Below are positions 12,497-24,780 of a DNA stretch of 58,238 nucleotides, piece by piece. Under the pieces are notes generated by a model. That model was not told where the DNA came from. It worked only from the letters and a program-made list of their open reading frames with translations, and did no database searches. Location of the stretch: the NCBI RefSeq assembly GCF_004010195.1, contig NC_057720.1, positions 16,250,491 to 16,308,728 of the forward strand, written 5' to 3'. Position 1 is the first letter of the stretch; each line of letters begins with the position of its first letter. The translations under genes and the position numbers were made by a program. This DNA is from Chiloscyllium plagiosum (Eukaryota).

Positions 12497-13050
12497 CACA
12501 CTCGACCGTGTCTCCGGCTTGCTGCAGTGCTAGAGCGAAACTCAGCACAAGCTGGACAAACAGCATCTAATTTTCCACTTGGGGATGCTGCCACCTTCAG
12601 GACTCAATATTAATTTCAATAATTTTATTACCTGAGCACCTTCTCCCAAGTCCTTACCCCAACCCTCACACACCAGGCCTTATGAGCTGCAACCACTAAT
12701 AGCACATTTAAGGCCCCCATTAGCAGATATTTATTCCCCAGGTTGATCTTTACCTATTCCTTTATCTATCCACCTGGTATTCATTCTCTCTAGGTTCTAT
12801 TTGCACCTATTGTTTTACTCCTCCTCCTCCCCCACCCCATCTTCAGCAGAAATGCTAACCTTTTCCTACCATCAATTCTGAAGAAACCTCACTGGACATG
12901 AAACATTAACTCTGCTTTCTGTCAACAGATGCTAACAGACCTGCTGAGTTTCTCCAGTAATTTCTTTTTTTTTGTTTCTGATTTCTAGCATCCGCGGTTC
13001 TTGAGCTTTTGTTTTGCAACCATGGTGATGCCTTGTTCCATGTCAATACT

Positions 13051-13754
13051 TGTTATGACACAGGGTAAACCCTTCTGCTTAATTTAAACCAGCAACACTG
13101 AAATGATTTATCCCATGCAGTAATCTGTGAAAGTTCGAGAGGCCAAGAACTATTTAAAGTAAAAATAAGCAACTTTACTTCTTAAAGTATAACAGAGAGT
13201 AATTAACTAACAACTGTTTACAACTCCTTCCTCTAACCTATCTTTTAATTTCCCCTCTCTGATATTAGGCTGCTAACATTCTGATTAAGATTTACAAAAC
13301 AAAACTTCTTATCTCAAAACCAGACAGCTTTCTGTTTTTTTCTGTATTCCTGTCTTTTCTTCTTCCTGGGGATTCTGCTTCACGGGTTACCGATCGGGAA
13401 ACGTACCTTTAAGAGAGTTTTTTTTGGGTAGTCTACTGCTGGTGGCTTGGCAGTTCTCCTCCCAACTGTTCAATTTTCCCTGGTCTTATGCCCCAAAGCA
13501 TCGGACTGTGTCATTGGCTTTTAGGATTGTCAATATACTAAATTCAAACTTGATTGGAATTTGTTTTTTTTTTCAGGGTATAAATTAAACCAATTGGCCT
13601 AATTCGAATTTGTTTTTGTCTTCAGGTAATCCAGCTAATCTAGCTTTCGACCAAGTGTTACATTGTTACCTTATTGAGAACACTTGGTGCTGACAGGTAG
13701 TTTTGCTGCCTTTTAATTCTCTTAAAGGTACAGTAAACTCACATCTTCAAAACA
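13051..13754 (-). mobile_element. Solo LTR (~700 bp)
   Basis: Termini TGTTATGA...TCAAAACA form a near-perfect 8-bp inverted repeat with TG...CA; CCAAT-like motifs; no coding capacity; TSD degraded; strand inferred. Confidence 0.6.
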
Positions 13755-13759
13755 GTAAT

Positions 13760-13885
13760 GAAAAACTCACTTCACCACTATGCTGTTCCCTACCTTTCAC
13801 AGGGGCTGCTCCCTCCTGGACACCCTGTCCACCCTTCCTTCAATCCCAACACCCCCCCCTACAGCCCTATGGCACTTTTCTCCAC
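13760..13885 (+). mobile_element. PLE coding fragment
   Basis: FHRGCSLLDTL... homologous to 11430-11520. Confidence 0.6.
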
Positions 13886-13914
13886 TAAAGGGGGGGGGGG
13901 GGCGGGAGGGGGGG

Positions 13915-14175
13915 GGAGGCATTAAAAATGGAATTTTGGAGAAATCTTTTCTCTCGGGGTGTGAATCTTCAGGGAACTCTTTCCATGGTGGAGGCTGGAC
14001 CTTGAATATTTTTATGACAGAACCAACTAGATTTTTGACTAACAAGGAAATCAAAGATTGTCAGGGAAGGGTGGGTGGGATGGTGAAATGTGGAGCTGAG
14101 TTCATCATCAGATCTTATAGAATGGTGCAGTATGTTCAAAGGAACAAATGATCTATTGTAATTCATATGTTTGTG
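13915..14175 (+). mobile_element. CR1 LINE 3' end fragment
   Basis: Degenerate FFSQRVVNLWNSLP-type C-terminus and 3' UTR. Confidence 0.65.
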
Positions 14176-14334
14176 CAGAGGGAACTAGATAAAGAGGTCT
14201 TACTGTAGTATCGGAGAATAGAATATGTACATCATCACCAGAAAACCGGAATAGTGAATGCATAGACCATGACTATACTAGGACCGAACCTTATTCTTTT
14301 AAAATATTGTACCTAATTTGGGAGTTAATTATGA

Positions 14335-14875
14335 AGCAGCAATAATTTTAGGGCCTGAACACCTCCATGCCCCAGCCCCCCTACCACACACCAGATCTTG
14401 TAATCACATAGTCTGCCATTACACACTACCTATTGTTAGCTACTAACAGTTCAATAATTTTAGGGCATGCACTCTCCCATGTCCTAGACACCTACCACAT
14501 ACACTAGACCTTGTTATCACATAATCTGCCATAACACACTACCTACTGTTAGCTATTAACAGTCCCCATTAACAGCTATTCACCCTCCCAGCCAGATTGT
14601 TATCCACTCCTTTGTCTGCCCAACTGTTCTTTTCTCTCTTTGGGCTTTCTCCATACTTATTGTTTACTCCTTACATCCTCCCCATCACCCTATCTTCTGC
14701 ATATAAACCAACAGTTTCCTCACTACTATCAGTTCTGAGGAAGAGTCACCGAACCCAAAACGTTAACTTTGATTTTTTTTCACAGATGCTACCAGACCAG
14801 CTGGACTTTTACGACGACTTCAGCTTTTCTTTCTCATTTACAGCATCCGCAGTTCTTTCGTTTTTTATTTTATAA
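14335..14875 (+). mobile_element. PLE 3' end/pLTR with internal ~115-bp tandem duplication, inverted relative to the adjacent PLE body
   Basis: aataattttagggc...cacactacct...ttagcta repeated (14340-14450, 14452-14565); hammerhead-like ctgagga at 14735 and pLTR tail. Confidence 0.8.
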
Positions 14876-14877
14876 AA

Positions 14878-16585
14878 AGCCTAGTCTGAAGGCGAGATGT
14901 TAGTTCCTCCAGTTTGTGCTGTTATTCACTGGAACACTGCATCTTGCTGAGGATAGACATGTGGGCATTTTGAGCAGGACGCTGGGTTAAAATGACTGGC
15001 TATGGGAAGGTCAAGGTCCTACTTGTGTACTGACTGGAGGTGTTCCACAAAGTGGTCACACAGTCTACACTTGTAGTCTACAATGTAGAGTAGGCCACAT
15101 TGGTTGCAGTGAATACAATACACAAGATTGGAGTAGGCACAGGTGAAATGCTGCTTCACTTGAAAGGAGTGTTAAGGCCCTTGGATGTTGAGCAGGGAGG
15201 AGGTGAAAGGGCAGGTGTTGCACCTTCTGCAGTTAAATAGGAAGGTGCCATGGAAGGATGGGTTGTGTTCGTGATCAATGAATGGAGTAAGGTGTCCTGG
15301 TGGGAACAATTCCAGTGAAATGCAGACAGGGGGTGTGAGGGGAAGATATGCTTGGTGGCAGCATTCTGCTGGAGTTGTCTGAAATGGTGGCGAATGATCC
15401 TTTGAATGCGGAGGGATGAACAGTGAGGACAAAGATAACCCAATCACGCTGTTGTGAATGATGGGAAGGGGCAAGGATAGAAGCACAAGTGATAGGTCGG
15501 GTGTGACTGAGGGCCCTCTCAACCACAGTGGGTGGGAAGCCACAGTTATGGAGGAAGCAAGCCATGTCAGCAGCGTTATTTTGGAAGGTGGTATCATCTG
15601 AACAGATGCAAGTAGGTGAAAGAACTGGGAGAATGGGATGGAGTCATTGCAGGACATGGCTTGTGAAGAGCTGTATTGAACATAGTTATGGGAGTCAGTG
15701 GCTTTGTAGTGGATGGCAGTGGACAGTTTATTCCCTAAAATGAACAACTGTTTCAAGGTCCTGGGAGGAGCATGAAGCAGCACTGAAACAGTTGTTGATT
15801 TACTGAAGAAAGAGTTGCAGGAGGGAGCCATTGTAGGACTGGAGCAAGGATAGTTCCACATACCCCATAAAGAGACAGGCATAGCTGGGATCCATGCAAG
15901 TTCCCATAGCCACACCTTTGACTTTGCAGAAGTGAGATGAATTAAAGAGAAATTGTTCAGTGAGAGAGCAAGTTCAGCCGAGGGAGAAGGATGGTGGTGG
16001 TGGATGGGGAGTGTTCAAGCCTCTGGTCAAGGAAGAAGCCGAGAGCTCTCAGACAATCCTGGTGGTAATGGAGGTGTAGAGGAATTGAACATCCATGGTG
16101 AACAGGGGGCAGTTAGGGCCAAGGAACTGGAAATTGTCAACATGGTGGAGGGCATCAGAGGAATCATGGATGTAGTTGGGCAGGGTCCAGACAAGGTGAC
16201 AGAGGATGGAGTCAAGGTGGGAGAAAATGAGCTTGGTGGGGTAGGAAAGGGAGATATAATGGACCTATCGGGGTAGTCTGATTTGTGGATTTTTGGGAAG
16301 GAGGTAGAAACAGACTATCTGGGGTTGGGAGACTATATGGTTGAAGGCAATGGGTGGGGGGATGATCTCTGGAGGCAATCAGGTTGGTGACAGTCCTGGC
16401 AACAATGGCTTGATGTTCGGATCTGGGGTCATGGTCCTGGGAGAAGTAGGAAGAAGTGTCCGAGAGTTGGCGTTGAGCCTCCGCAAGGTAAAGATCAGTG
16501 CACCAAACTACAACAGCAGCACCTCTGTCAGCGGGTTTGATAACAACGTTAGGGTTGGACCTGAGAGAGTAAAGTGAAGCAATTT
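14878..16585 (-). mobile_element. Penelope-like retroelement, decayed RT + GIY-YIG ORF
   Basis: LRSNPNVVIKPADRGAAVVVW (16212-16676), IHYKATDSHNYVQYSS...SIPFSQF and CRRCNTCPFT (15172-15915), YCIHCNQCGLLYI near 15080-15120. Confidence 0.9.
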
Positions 16586-16599
16586 CAACTTGTTGTTGT

Positions 16600-17890
16600 T
16601 GCATGCAGTCATCAGTCATGGGGTGGATATGTTGCTGGATGGTTTTCCTGCCACCGTGCAGATCTCCAAAGTCCATGGAAGGCTGTCACTTCCAGAACTG
16701 GAGGTCAATGTGTCCACACGCCAATTGGCATGAGTGGATCCCCTGAGCCATGGCTGGTACACATCCAGGTGTGAGAGCATGGTGATGCTCTCACACCTGG
16801 ATGTGTACCAGCCATGTATGCTCAAAATGTACTGCAGGAACATCTCTAATGGCAATAGTCCTTAGTCAAGTCAAGGGAGACTCTCTTCAGGCAGGGGAAC
16901 CTGACACAGAAAAGGAAAACATCTACTATGAGTCCAGGGGCTTAGGCACAGTCAGCTGGTTGCTCAGGGAGGTCACAGGCAGCACTCTCCCTTTGTAGAG
17001 CACAAGGAGCTAAATGTCTGGAAGCCCACCTTGGTTTTTCTTGTCTCATTCTGCCCTATTCTAGGCCATTTTCTCCTGGAATGAGCCAAAGGGAGGGCTT
17101 GAGTGAGATGAAAGTGGCTGGCACAGTTGTTAGCACTGGTGCAGGTGTGGGAGAGGTGGCAAGGTTTTCTGAATGTCTGAGTAGGCCATGCAGGGTTCAT
17201 AGTCTGGGGTGATTGGGTGGGTGAAGGTGAGTGGGGAAGACGTTGCAAGCAAGCGCGAGATTGGTGGAGCATGAGTCTTGGTGGACTTCTGTGCGGAAGC
17301 AGAGATAGAGTAAGTGTGAGGTGACAAATAGAAGATAGTAGCACTTACCCTGACAGAACAGAGATGGTCATTCACCTTCTTCTTAAACTGTTAGACATTC
17401 CAATGGATGGTTAGACATCACTGACCTGAGCGGCAATCTCAGACCAGGCTGACAGGGTCTGATATTGAGATCTTCCCTACCAGTCCTGGGGGAGGTGGAC
17501 AGTTGTCCTCTGCTCCAGACCATCCATCAGCTCTTCCAGGTCACTGTCTATTAAGCAGGGCACCAACTTGCCCTAATCTGCAATGAAGAGGACAAATGGC
17601 ACAAACCATGCAGGGCAACCCTAGGCTGCCAGCACTTGACCAAGTTCACAAAGACCTTTTAGATATAGAGTTGGTGCCAGGAATCCAGGAATATCCCTGC
17701 AATGGATATTCACCTTCCTGACTATTCTTCAACAAGTGGGAGAACTGGATTAGCATAGGATGAGTGGAGCATGATAGGGGCATGGTACATGAGATGAGTT
17801 TGGTATAGTCGTGTGGGATTACTCACTAGGCTTCACAGGGAGAAACCCTCAACATTAATGACACAACTTATTTCTGGTAATATTCAATGT
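16600..17890 (-). mobile_element. Harbinger DNA transposon remnant with intron-containing Myb/SANT-like gene (pseudogenised)
   Basis: Exon ~17585-17349: GKLVPCLIDSDLEELMDGLEQR...TLSAWSEIAAQVS...KKKVND, then donor cagg|gtaagt; acceptor ttccag| at 17075 followed by EKMA*NRAE...GGLPDI; typical of Harbinger Myb-like proteins. Confidence 0.75.
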
Positions 17891-19644
17891 AATATCTCTC
17901 AAACAATGGTCAGTGATGTCACATATTAGGCCGGTAATAAAGCAGCATTTTTGTCAACTGCCAGGCCAGATCCACAGGCAACAAAAGCTGCCCATCACTC
18001 CCCATCAAGAGGAATTTGATGGGAAACTCTTAAAAATTATCTGAGATAGGACACCTTCAGATGATACATTTGAGGCTGTTTCAAAACAGCAGTCACCAAT
18101 GGATAAGGAATTCCATTTTAAAGCCACAGTGCTGTGCACTTTACAAGGGACTCTACTCTTTTCTATTAAAATAAAGTAACATTATATGAAATAAAATGAC
18201 AAACAGCTTTGCTTTTCCATGGCCTGTGATTTTGGAAAGCAACAAATAACTACTTTGATAAAACTGCAGTGTCAAATTGCATAGAAATATTAGCAGCAGA
18301 AAGCTTTGTCAAATTCAAACTTGTCAATCTAATGGCATATCATTTGCTTTTAAATAAATTTGTGAAAAATTGATCAAACAAATGAATATATAATTCAATA
18401 AATTTGGGCATAATAAACAGAAATTAAAGATAACGTCAGAAGTTTGTGTTAAAGTATTATTAGCTGTCAGTAGTGACCATTGCTCCTTGCAAAAGTAAAC
18501 TTGCAGTTTGTGCAATAAATCAAACAAGAGAAAGAATATGTCTACCATTGCTGTTTTAATAGTAACATAAAAAAAGACTTCCATTGACTGTATAACAGCT
18601 GTGTCACCTGCACATGGGTGATCCATTTTTGACACCTTCCCCCAAGAGTATTGCAAGGATAAACATATTCTGTTCAAACGAGACCAATGACAGCAAAATT
18701 GCCTGCTTGTCTCTAAAAAGACTCTAATAATGTGTACCGAGGGAGAGGCCTGTGTTCTGACAGTAGACTTTTTCCCCAGTGTAAGTCTGTGAGGTTCAAA
18801 TTTTCAAGAAACTTTAATCTTGTGCAACACAACTGAAACGTAACACACCACATATCATTGTAGTTTGATGAATGATTGCTGGAATTGAACACATAGGCAA
18901 GGATGTCTTCAGAACCAAGAAAGAAATCCAGTTGTGAATGCAAGTCACGACAAACAAGCTCTTTGGTTCACCATATGCAGATTATATGAACGAAAATCTT
19001 TAAAATTACATTAATGCACATGCTCCTTTACATTATGTGACTCCTTTAAAAAATCTAAATGGGAGTATACATAGTATTATAAATTAACTGAGGTTTACAG
19101 CAGCAGTTTTAATAAAAACAGATGTTTGCCAAGATTCACAGTATTTATAAAGGTGTTGTCATCTTAGAGGGATAATTTAAGATTTTCTGATATCTGTATC
19201 TGTCTGTGCTTTGACTTACCAAAACAGGTCTAGTTTTGTATTTTCCTTAATAATTAATGTTGAAGATTCAAGACACCAACAAAATGGTTGATTTCTTTTT
19301 GTAATTTAATTGGTTAACATGATAAGGTTAAAATCATCATAACTACACCATACTACATTTCGGAATCCAATTTAATTTCAATAGTGTTATTTCACAATGC
19401 AGTAGCAATCAGTTCAATTCTTGCATAAAATCAAAGCAATAGGAATTAAGTGCGCTTCTTTAATTCTTTCCCTCCTTCTCGCTCCACATTAATTTGCAAC
19501 GGGTCAGTGAACAAGTGAAATCTTACTGGATGAAAATCAAGTCACTGTCATTTTAATCATTGACCATTAGCAAAGCCCCAAAGCATGCTGTTTCTTGCTT
19601 GCTTTGCTAATACTGAGAGGTCGGAGGACTTCATTCTGTTGGAG

Positions 19645-19870
19645 GTTTTAACACAGAAGGAGTGCCTATTTGCTAGAGTTTAGAAGAATCAAGGGTCATC
19701 ACATTTAAACTTACAAAATACTTACAGGGGTAGACAGGGTCGATGCAGGTAAGATGTTCCCCCTGGTTAAGGAGTCCAGAACCAGTGTTTGCTGTTTAGG
19801 ACCAAGATAAGGAAAAAGATTTTTACTTAGAGAGTTGTGAATCTTTAGAATTTTGCACCCCAGAGGAAGT
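19645..19870 (+). mobile_element. CR1 LINE 3' fragment
   Basis: LEFRRIKG..TYKILTGVDRVDAGKMFP and FFT.RVVNL motifs. Confidence 0.75.
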
Positions 19871-21134
19871 TCAGACTTCTATTACCTCTATAGCTTACAT
19901 CTCATGCACAGCATTATCACACTTTGTAAGTGTCGTGCTTCAAAGGAAATTATTGTCCTTTACTGACAATATCTCAGGGTTCCATTTTCTCAGGGCCAAC
20001 ACAAAAACAGAAATGCTTTGATCCTTTTTTCATTGTTTCTGACCACATCACTCCCAAAACCCTTTCCAAATTCCAGATCTTGGTTGGCATCTAAGAGGCC
20101 TCTTTGTTCTCCATGTATGAATATATTGTAGTTACACTGTAGTCTACAATGCAGCCCAAAGGATGACTACCAGCCTATTATACATCATTATTGCATTGTG
20201 CTAAACAATTTGGAAAGACTTCTTCACACTAAGGGGGTGCATGTCATGACTCATTGGGGTACTGCACTGAAAATCACACCTGGCTATTCAGGGAGTCATC
20301 TCAAAAGTTAAACATTTTAAAATAAGTGCACAAACCGCTTACCCCCACCCCAGTATGCTTGATTTTTAGACACAAATTGATGTAAGCATGAACCAACTTT
20401 CTGTACTTAGTAAGAACTACTATTTAGTTCAAGATCACATCTACTGGTAAACAGTTATAAATGGTTACCAGTAAAAACTACAAATTAAAAATCCAATCAA
20501 TAGTTTATGGGCTGGGGAAGGCTATGAGGCAGTTCAATGGTTCCTATTCATGGGTTGTTGAGATGATCCTGATGATTTTTATACAGGTCAGAATGTTGCT
20601 TTTCATTGATCTTTCTCTGGCTGCCTCCACTTATTTGCAATAGACACAGGTGACTGGTTCATTTATTAAAGTTCTCTGACTTATCGGTTAAAAGTCACAG
20701 CTTACAATAACTGCTAAAGGAAAGTTGAATCAGTTTTCTTCAGGTTTGAATATGTTTTGATTGCAGAGAGCAGTGAAACAGCTTCAGTGTTGGTGGAGAT
20801 CAAAACACTCCTTTCAATCTTGTTCCCAGTCCCAAGCTGTTCAGATATCTGAGAATTAATCACATGGTTGCTGGCAGACAATCATCAATAACTGGTCACT
20901 AGTCCATAGACCAGTCAACATCTTGTGGCTACACAGCTGTTTCCATATACACAACCCCTTGGCTCCAGTGCATCTGCAACCATGTTAATTCCTGCTGTTC
21001 CAAAAGCTGCATACACAATGCTTGTCAAATGTGTGAAACACACAGTAATCCTTTAACTCACTGGTTTAAAAACAGTTCTTCCTCATTTCAGCCCTCAATT
21101 GTAAAGAGCATGCAAAGAAAAATATACCATCTTT

Positions 21135-21625
21135 ATACACAGCACAGATTTACAAGAATGAAACCAGGGCTAATGTTGTTAAATTCTGAGGGTAAATTCC
21201 ATAGACTTGGCTTGTATTCCATTGAGTATAGAAGGTTAAGATGTGATTCAATTGAGGCATTTAGAGTTAATAAAGTGAGTTGATAAAATGGATGACGGGA
21301 AACTGTTTCGTCTGGTGGGACAATTAAGAAGAAGATAGTATAACATTTAAAATTAACAATAGGCAAGTCAGGGTAATAGCAGGAAGCACTTCTTCACAGA
21401 TAGGGCTTGGAAATCCCAGAATTCACTGCCCTAGAAGCTTGGCAAATTAAAAATGTCAAAACTGAGATTAATGTTTTCTCTTAATTAAGTATGGTTCTTT
21501 AAAGTGCCAGAAATAAGACAGGTATGTGGAATTAAGACACAGATCAGTGGTGATGCAATTCAATGGTACAACAGGCTCGAGGAACTGAATAACATTCTCA
21601 TATTATTATATTCCTATGTTCTTAA
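21135..21625 (+). mobile_element. CR1 LINE 3' end
   Basis: QHRFTRMKPG...LGLYSIEYRRLRCDSIEAF, with tail ttcctatgttctt. Confidence 0.8.
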
Positions 21626-22305
21626 GTGATCCAAATTATATTGTAGCCTTCAAGCAGTGCAAATGTCATAAACATAATTTCATAAATTTGTCAACGTAGC
21701 TGATTTATTTGATTTCAAATCATGTCTTAGATAATCACAGTGTTATGTCACAAACATTTATGTTATGAATATAATTCACTATTCAAACCAAAGGACACTT
21801 ACTCCAAAAGAAAGAGAAACCAAAAATACCAGAGGGAACATTTTATCAAATCTATAGGCGTGCATTTCCTCTTAGCATGACAAAGAAATGAATGGCAACT
21901 TTGACATTGTAAGCCACCACTGGTCACAATATACCATAATTTTTCTACTAATATAGTGTCATCCAATGATTCAACACAAAATAAAATCTACTGATTAGGA
22001 TGTTTTGCCTGTAAAGATCATGTTCATGGATTGCACTAATTGTGTTTAAAGGAAGTACTTAAGATCTAGCAATCAACACGGTATTCACACGACAATTGGG
22101 AAAACAATTGGTGCATTAATCTTTAAATAATTCCAGCTAATTCGAGTGAGAAAGTAGACAGGAGTTTAAAGTGGTGCTGCCTAATTTACAGTCTAGTCTG
22201 CCTTCTTGCTAAAATTAGTGACTGGAGGTCTTCAGGGCACTTCAATCAATAAGAAGTATTTGCACTGGTTAACATTAACTAATTAACAAAGCAGTAAAAT
22301 ATTTT

Positions 22306-22506
22306 AAACAAAGGCAGAAATTATTGGAAAGTTTCAGCATGTCTGGCAGCATCTGTAGAGAGAAATCAGAGTTATAACATTTCCCAAAATGGGAAACATT
22401 ATAACCGATTTCAGTCCACTAATGCTGCTAGAACTGCTGAGACTTTCCAGCGATTCCTGTGTTTATTTCATTGTTCCAGCAACAGCAGTTCTTTCAATTT
22501 ATCGGC
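22306..22506. mobile_element. Palindromic PLE-derived mini-element (inverted pLTR arms), with 10-bp TSD
   Basis: Arms ~22306-22385 and ~22391-22470 are imperfect reverse complements; aaaatatttt at 22296-22305 and 22507-22516. Confidence 0.65.
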
Positions 22507-22639
22507 AAAATATTTTCTCTGACATTGTTTTGTTTAAAAACAGCCAAAAGTTAGTAAAATCAAAACCAGAAAGAATAAAAAGAGAAAGAACAAACATAAT
22601 TTTAATTCAAGTTTATGAAGATCTCAATGTACTTTACAA

Positions 22640-22860
22640 GCTCTTGGTATTGTAGAAGATTTAGCAAAGTCCCATAAACAGCAAAATAATAATGACCAAA
22701 TCATTTACTTTTGTGCATTTGATTGAGGGATTAAATAATTGACCGAGTCACCAGGGAGAACACTTCTGCTGGTCCTCAAAATAGTGTTATGACCATATCT
22801 TCTGCATTCACCTAAAAAAGCAGATGAGACTTCTGTTGAGCATCCCATCTCAGAAGTTGT
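22640..22860 (-). mobile_element. DeuSINE (SacSINE1/AmnSINE1-related) remnant
   Basis: ttgagggattaaataattgaccgagtcaccagggagaacacttctgct...aaatagtg...cattcacct...gcagatgagac...catcccatctcagaag resembles the reverse complement of the Deu domain. Confidence 0.65.
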
Positions 22861-22971
22861 GAGTTGACCTTTCCCAAAGTTCAGCTATTTCCATTTTTCA
22901 AACTTTTCAGTTTCTGGGTGTTTCATGGAGGGTTTCTCTCCGTGATACCTAGCAAGTTTTCTGCTCAACTC

Positions 22972-23313
22972 AGCAGCACAGTAGTTAGCACTACTGCCTC
23001 ACAGCACGAGTGACCTGGGTTTGATTCCAGCCTCAGACGACTGTCTGTGTGGAGTTTGTGCATTCTCCTCGTGTCTGTGTGGGTTTCCTCTGGGTACTCC
23101 GGTTTCTCCCCACAGTCTAAAGATGTGCAGGTTAGGTGAACTGGCAGTGCTAAATTGCTCATATAGTGTTCAGGGATATGTAGGTTATGTGCATTAGTCA
23201 GGGGAAGTGTAGAGTAATAGGGTAGTGGAATGAGTCTGGGTGGGATACTCTTTGGAGGGTCGGTGTGGACTTGTTGGGCCAAATGGCCTGTTTCCACACA
23301 GTTGTGATTCTAT
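22972..23313 (+). mobile_element. HE1-type tRNA-derived SINE
   Basis: tRNA-like head gttagcactactgcctcacagc...gggtttgattcc; V-SINE-like core gactgtctgtgtggagtttg; HER1-like 3' tail gggccaaatggcctgtttccacac...gattctatga. Confidence 0.9.
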
Positions 23314-23814
23314 GAACTCATCAAGTATGTACCATGCCTGCATTAGACTGCTCTCACATAATTTTGCACTCATGGATACACAAGCCTGTAACCCTTTTGA
23401 GCAACACATTCCCTCTGTCTTCTGCAGGCACCAGTAGCATCTAAACAGCCTCACCCCACCCCCCCCCCCCCCCCATGAGACCAGCCCTGTGCAACCCCAC
23501 TGGAAATAGACTTTCAGTCACAGAAATGTCCTTCTACCATCAATCTCTGTTTTCTGCTTCTTAGTTGATTTTAGATCCAATATGCCACTTTGCCTTTGAT
23601 CAGAGGGGCTCCTATTTCCTTGAGCAGTCTTCCATGAGGAACCTTACTGAAAGCCTTGCTAAAATCTACATCGATCTCATCAAATGCCCTCATTAATGCT
23701 ACTGGTTACCTCCTCAAAACGCTCAGTCAAATTTGTTAAACACAATCTTCCATTAACAAGTCCATGCTGACTATCCCTATGGAATGGGATCTGTGTCTCT
23801 ACAAATGCAGATCT

Positions 23815-24287
23815 ACACAATACTGTAACAAACACTACATTGGACAAACAGACAGTAAACTAGTCACCAGGATACATGAACATCAACTAGCACAAAACAG
23901 CATGACCCTCTCTCACTAGTATCCTTACATACAGATGAGGGAGGACACCACTTCGACTGGGACAATACATCCATCCTAGGACAAGCCAAACAGAGACACG
24001 TGCGAGAATTCCTAGAAGGCATTCCACCTGGAACTCGATCACAAATACAGTGAGTTGCACCCCATTTACCACTCCCTGAGAAAAAGAACAGGAAATGACA
24101 TCAGCATGGGGAATGACATCACCACAGCAAATGACATCACCAACCCAAAGAAACCCAAAGAAAAAAATAGAAAGCAGGAATCATCGCAGTGCTTCGTCCA
24201 GAGGGTCACTGATGATGTTACCTAGTATGGTCACGAAATATCTGAAAATGAACCTTCCAGCTCAGCGAGCAAACCTACATCCAGAAA
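23815..24287 (+). mobile_element. Penelope-like element 3' end (GIY-YIG endonuclease + hammerhead-bearing terminus), second PLE family
   Basis: HYIGQTDSKLVTRIHEHQLA...GHHFDWDNTSILGQAKQRHVREFLE; three aatgacatca repeats; CTGATGA...GAAA at 24209-24238. Confidence 0.9.
24209..24245 (+). ncRNA. Minimal hammerhead ribozyme motif (PLE type)
   Basis: CUGAUGA-U-GUUACC-UAGUAU-GGUCAC-GAAA: conserved core boxes around a 6-bp stem II (one mismatch). Confidence 0.6.
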
Positions 24288-24654
24288 TGTAGGTTTCAAA
24301 ACTCCTCCTAATAACTTCACCACCACTGAGGTTAGACTGAATGGTCTGTGATTTCCTAGTCTATTCCCTCCTCTTTTTTCATAATGGGACAACATTAGAA
24401 GTGCTCAAGTCCTCTGGCACCTCCTCCCTTGCCTCTCTCAGCAGCTTGGGATACATTTCATCAGCTGCATGCAGACTTATCCATTTTTAAGGTTGCTAAG
24501 CCTGATGGTACCTCCTGGCTCTCTCTCTCTGCTAATTTCATCAAATACTTCACAGCGCTCTAGCCTGATGTTATAACTGTGTGGTCATTTTCCATTCTGA
24601 AAACTATTGCAAAGTACTCATTGAAGACTAGTCCCGTACTTCTCATTAGCACAG

Positions 24655-24780
24655 AAAGACAGCCAATATCATCCAAGACCACTCCCACCCCTTTTATAAT
24701 CTCATCCAACCTCTTCTGTCAGGCAGAAGATACAACTCTGTATTTAGATACATGTGACAACAATAAATCAAATCAAATCA
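24655..24780 (+). mobile_element. Rex1/Babar- or L2-like LINE 3' fragment with (aaatc)n tail
   Basis: ANIIQDHSHP...LLSGRRY, then aataaatcaaatcaaatca. Confidence 0.6.

Larger units (their letters stand above)
11190..13015 (+). mobile_element. Penelope-like retroelement 3' part (end of RT, GIY-YIG endonuclease, pLTR), interrupted by a solo LTR
   Basis: SLWDTLVH, RRHNTCPFT, ctctacattggag (LYIG, GIY-YIG) near 11670, HLIFHLG near 12560; pLTR with ctgaaga...gaaac at 12878-12904. Confidence 0.85.

Noticed and set aside
13890..13919. G-rich tracts as functional G-quadruplexes (also 727-747, 23453-23474, 36493-36510)
   Set aside because: Simple homopolymer-like runs inside or between decayed TEs, with no evidence of function
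18324..18943. Minus-strand ORFs of 117 and 76 aa in unique sequence
   Set aside because: No recognisable domain or convincing exon boundaries; lengths are compatible with chance
21803..22008. Minus-strand segment bounded by good splice signals (tctttacag| ... |gtaagt)
   Set aside because: All three frames contain stops; a non-coding exon cannot be excluded but has no support
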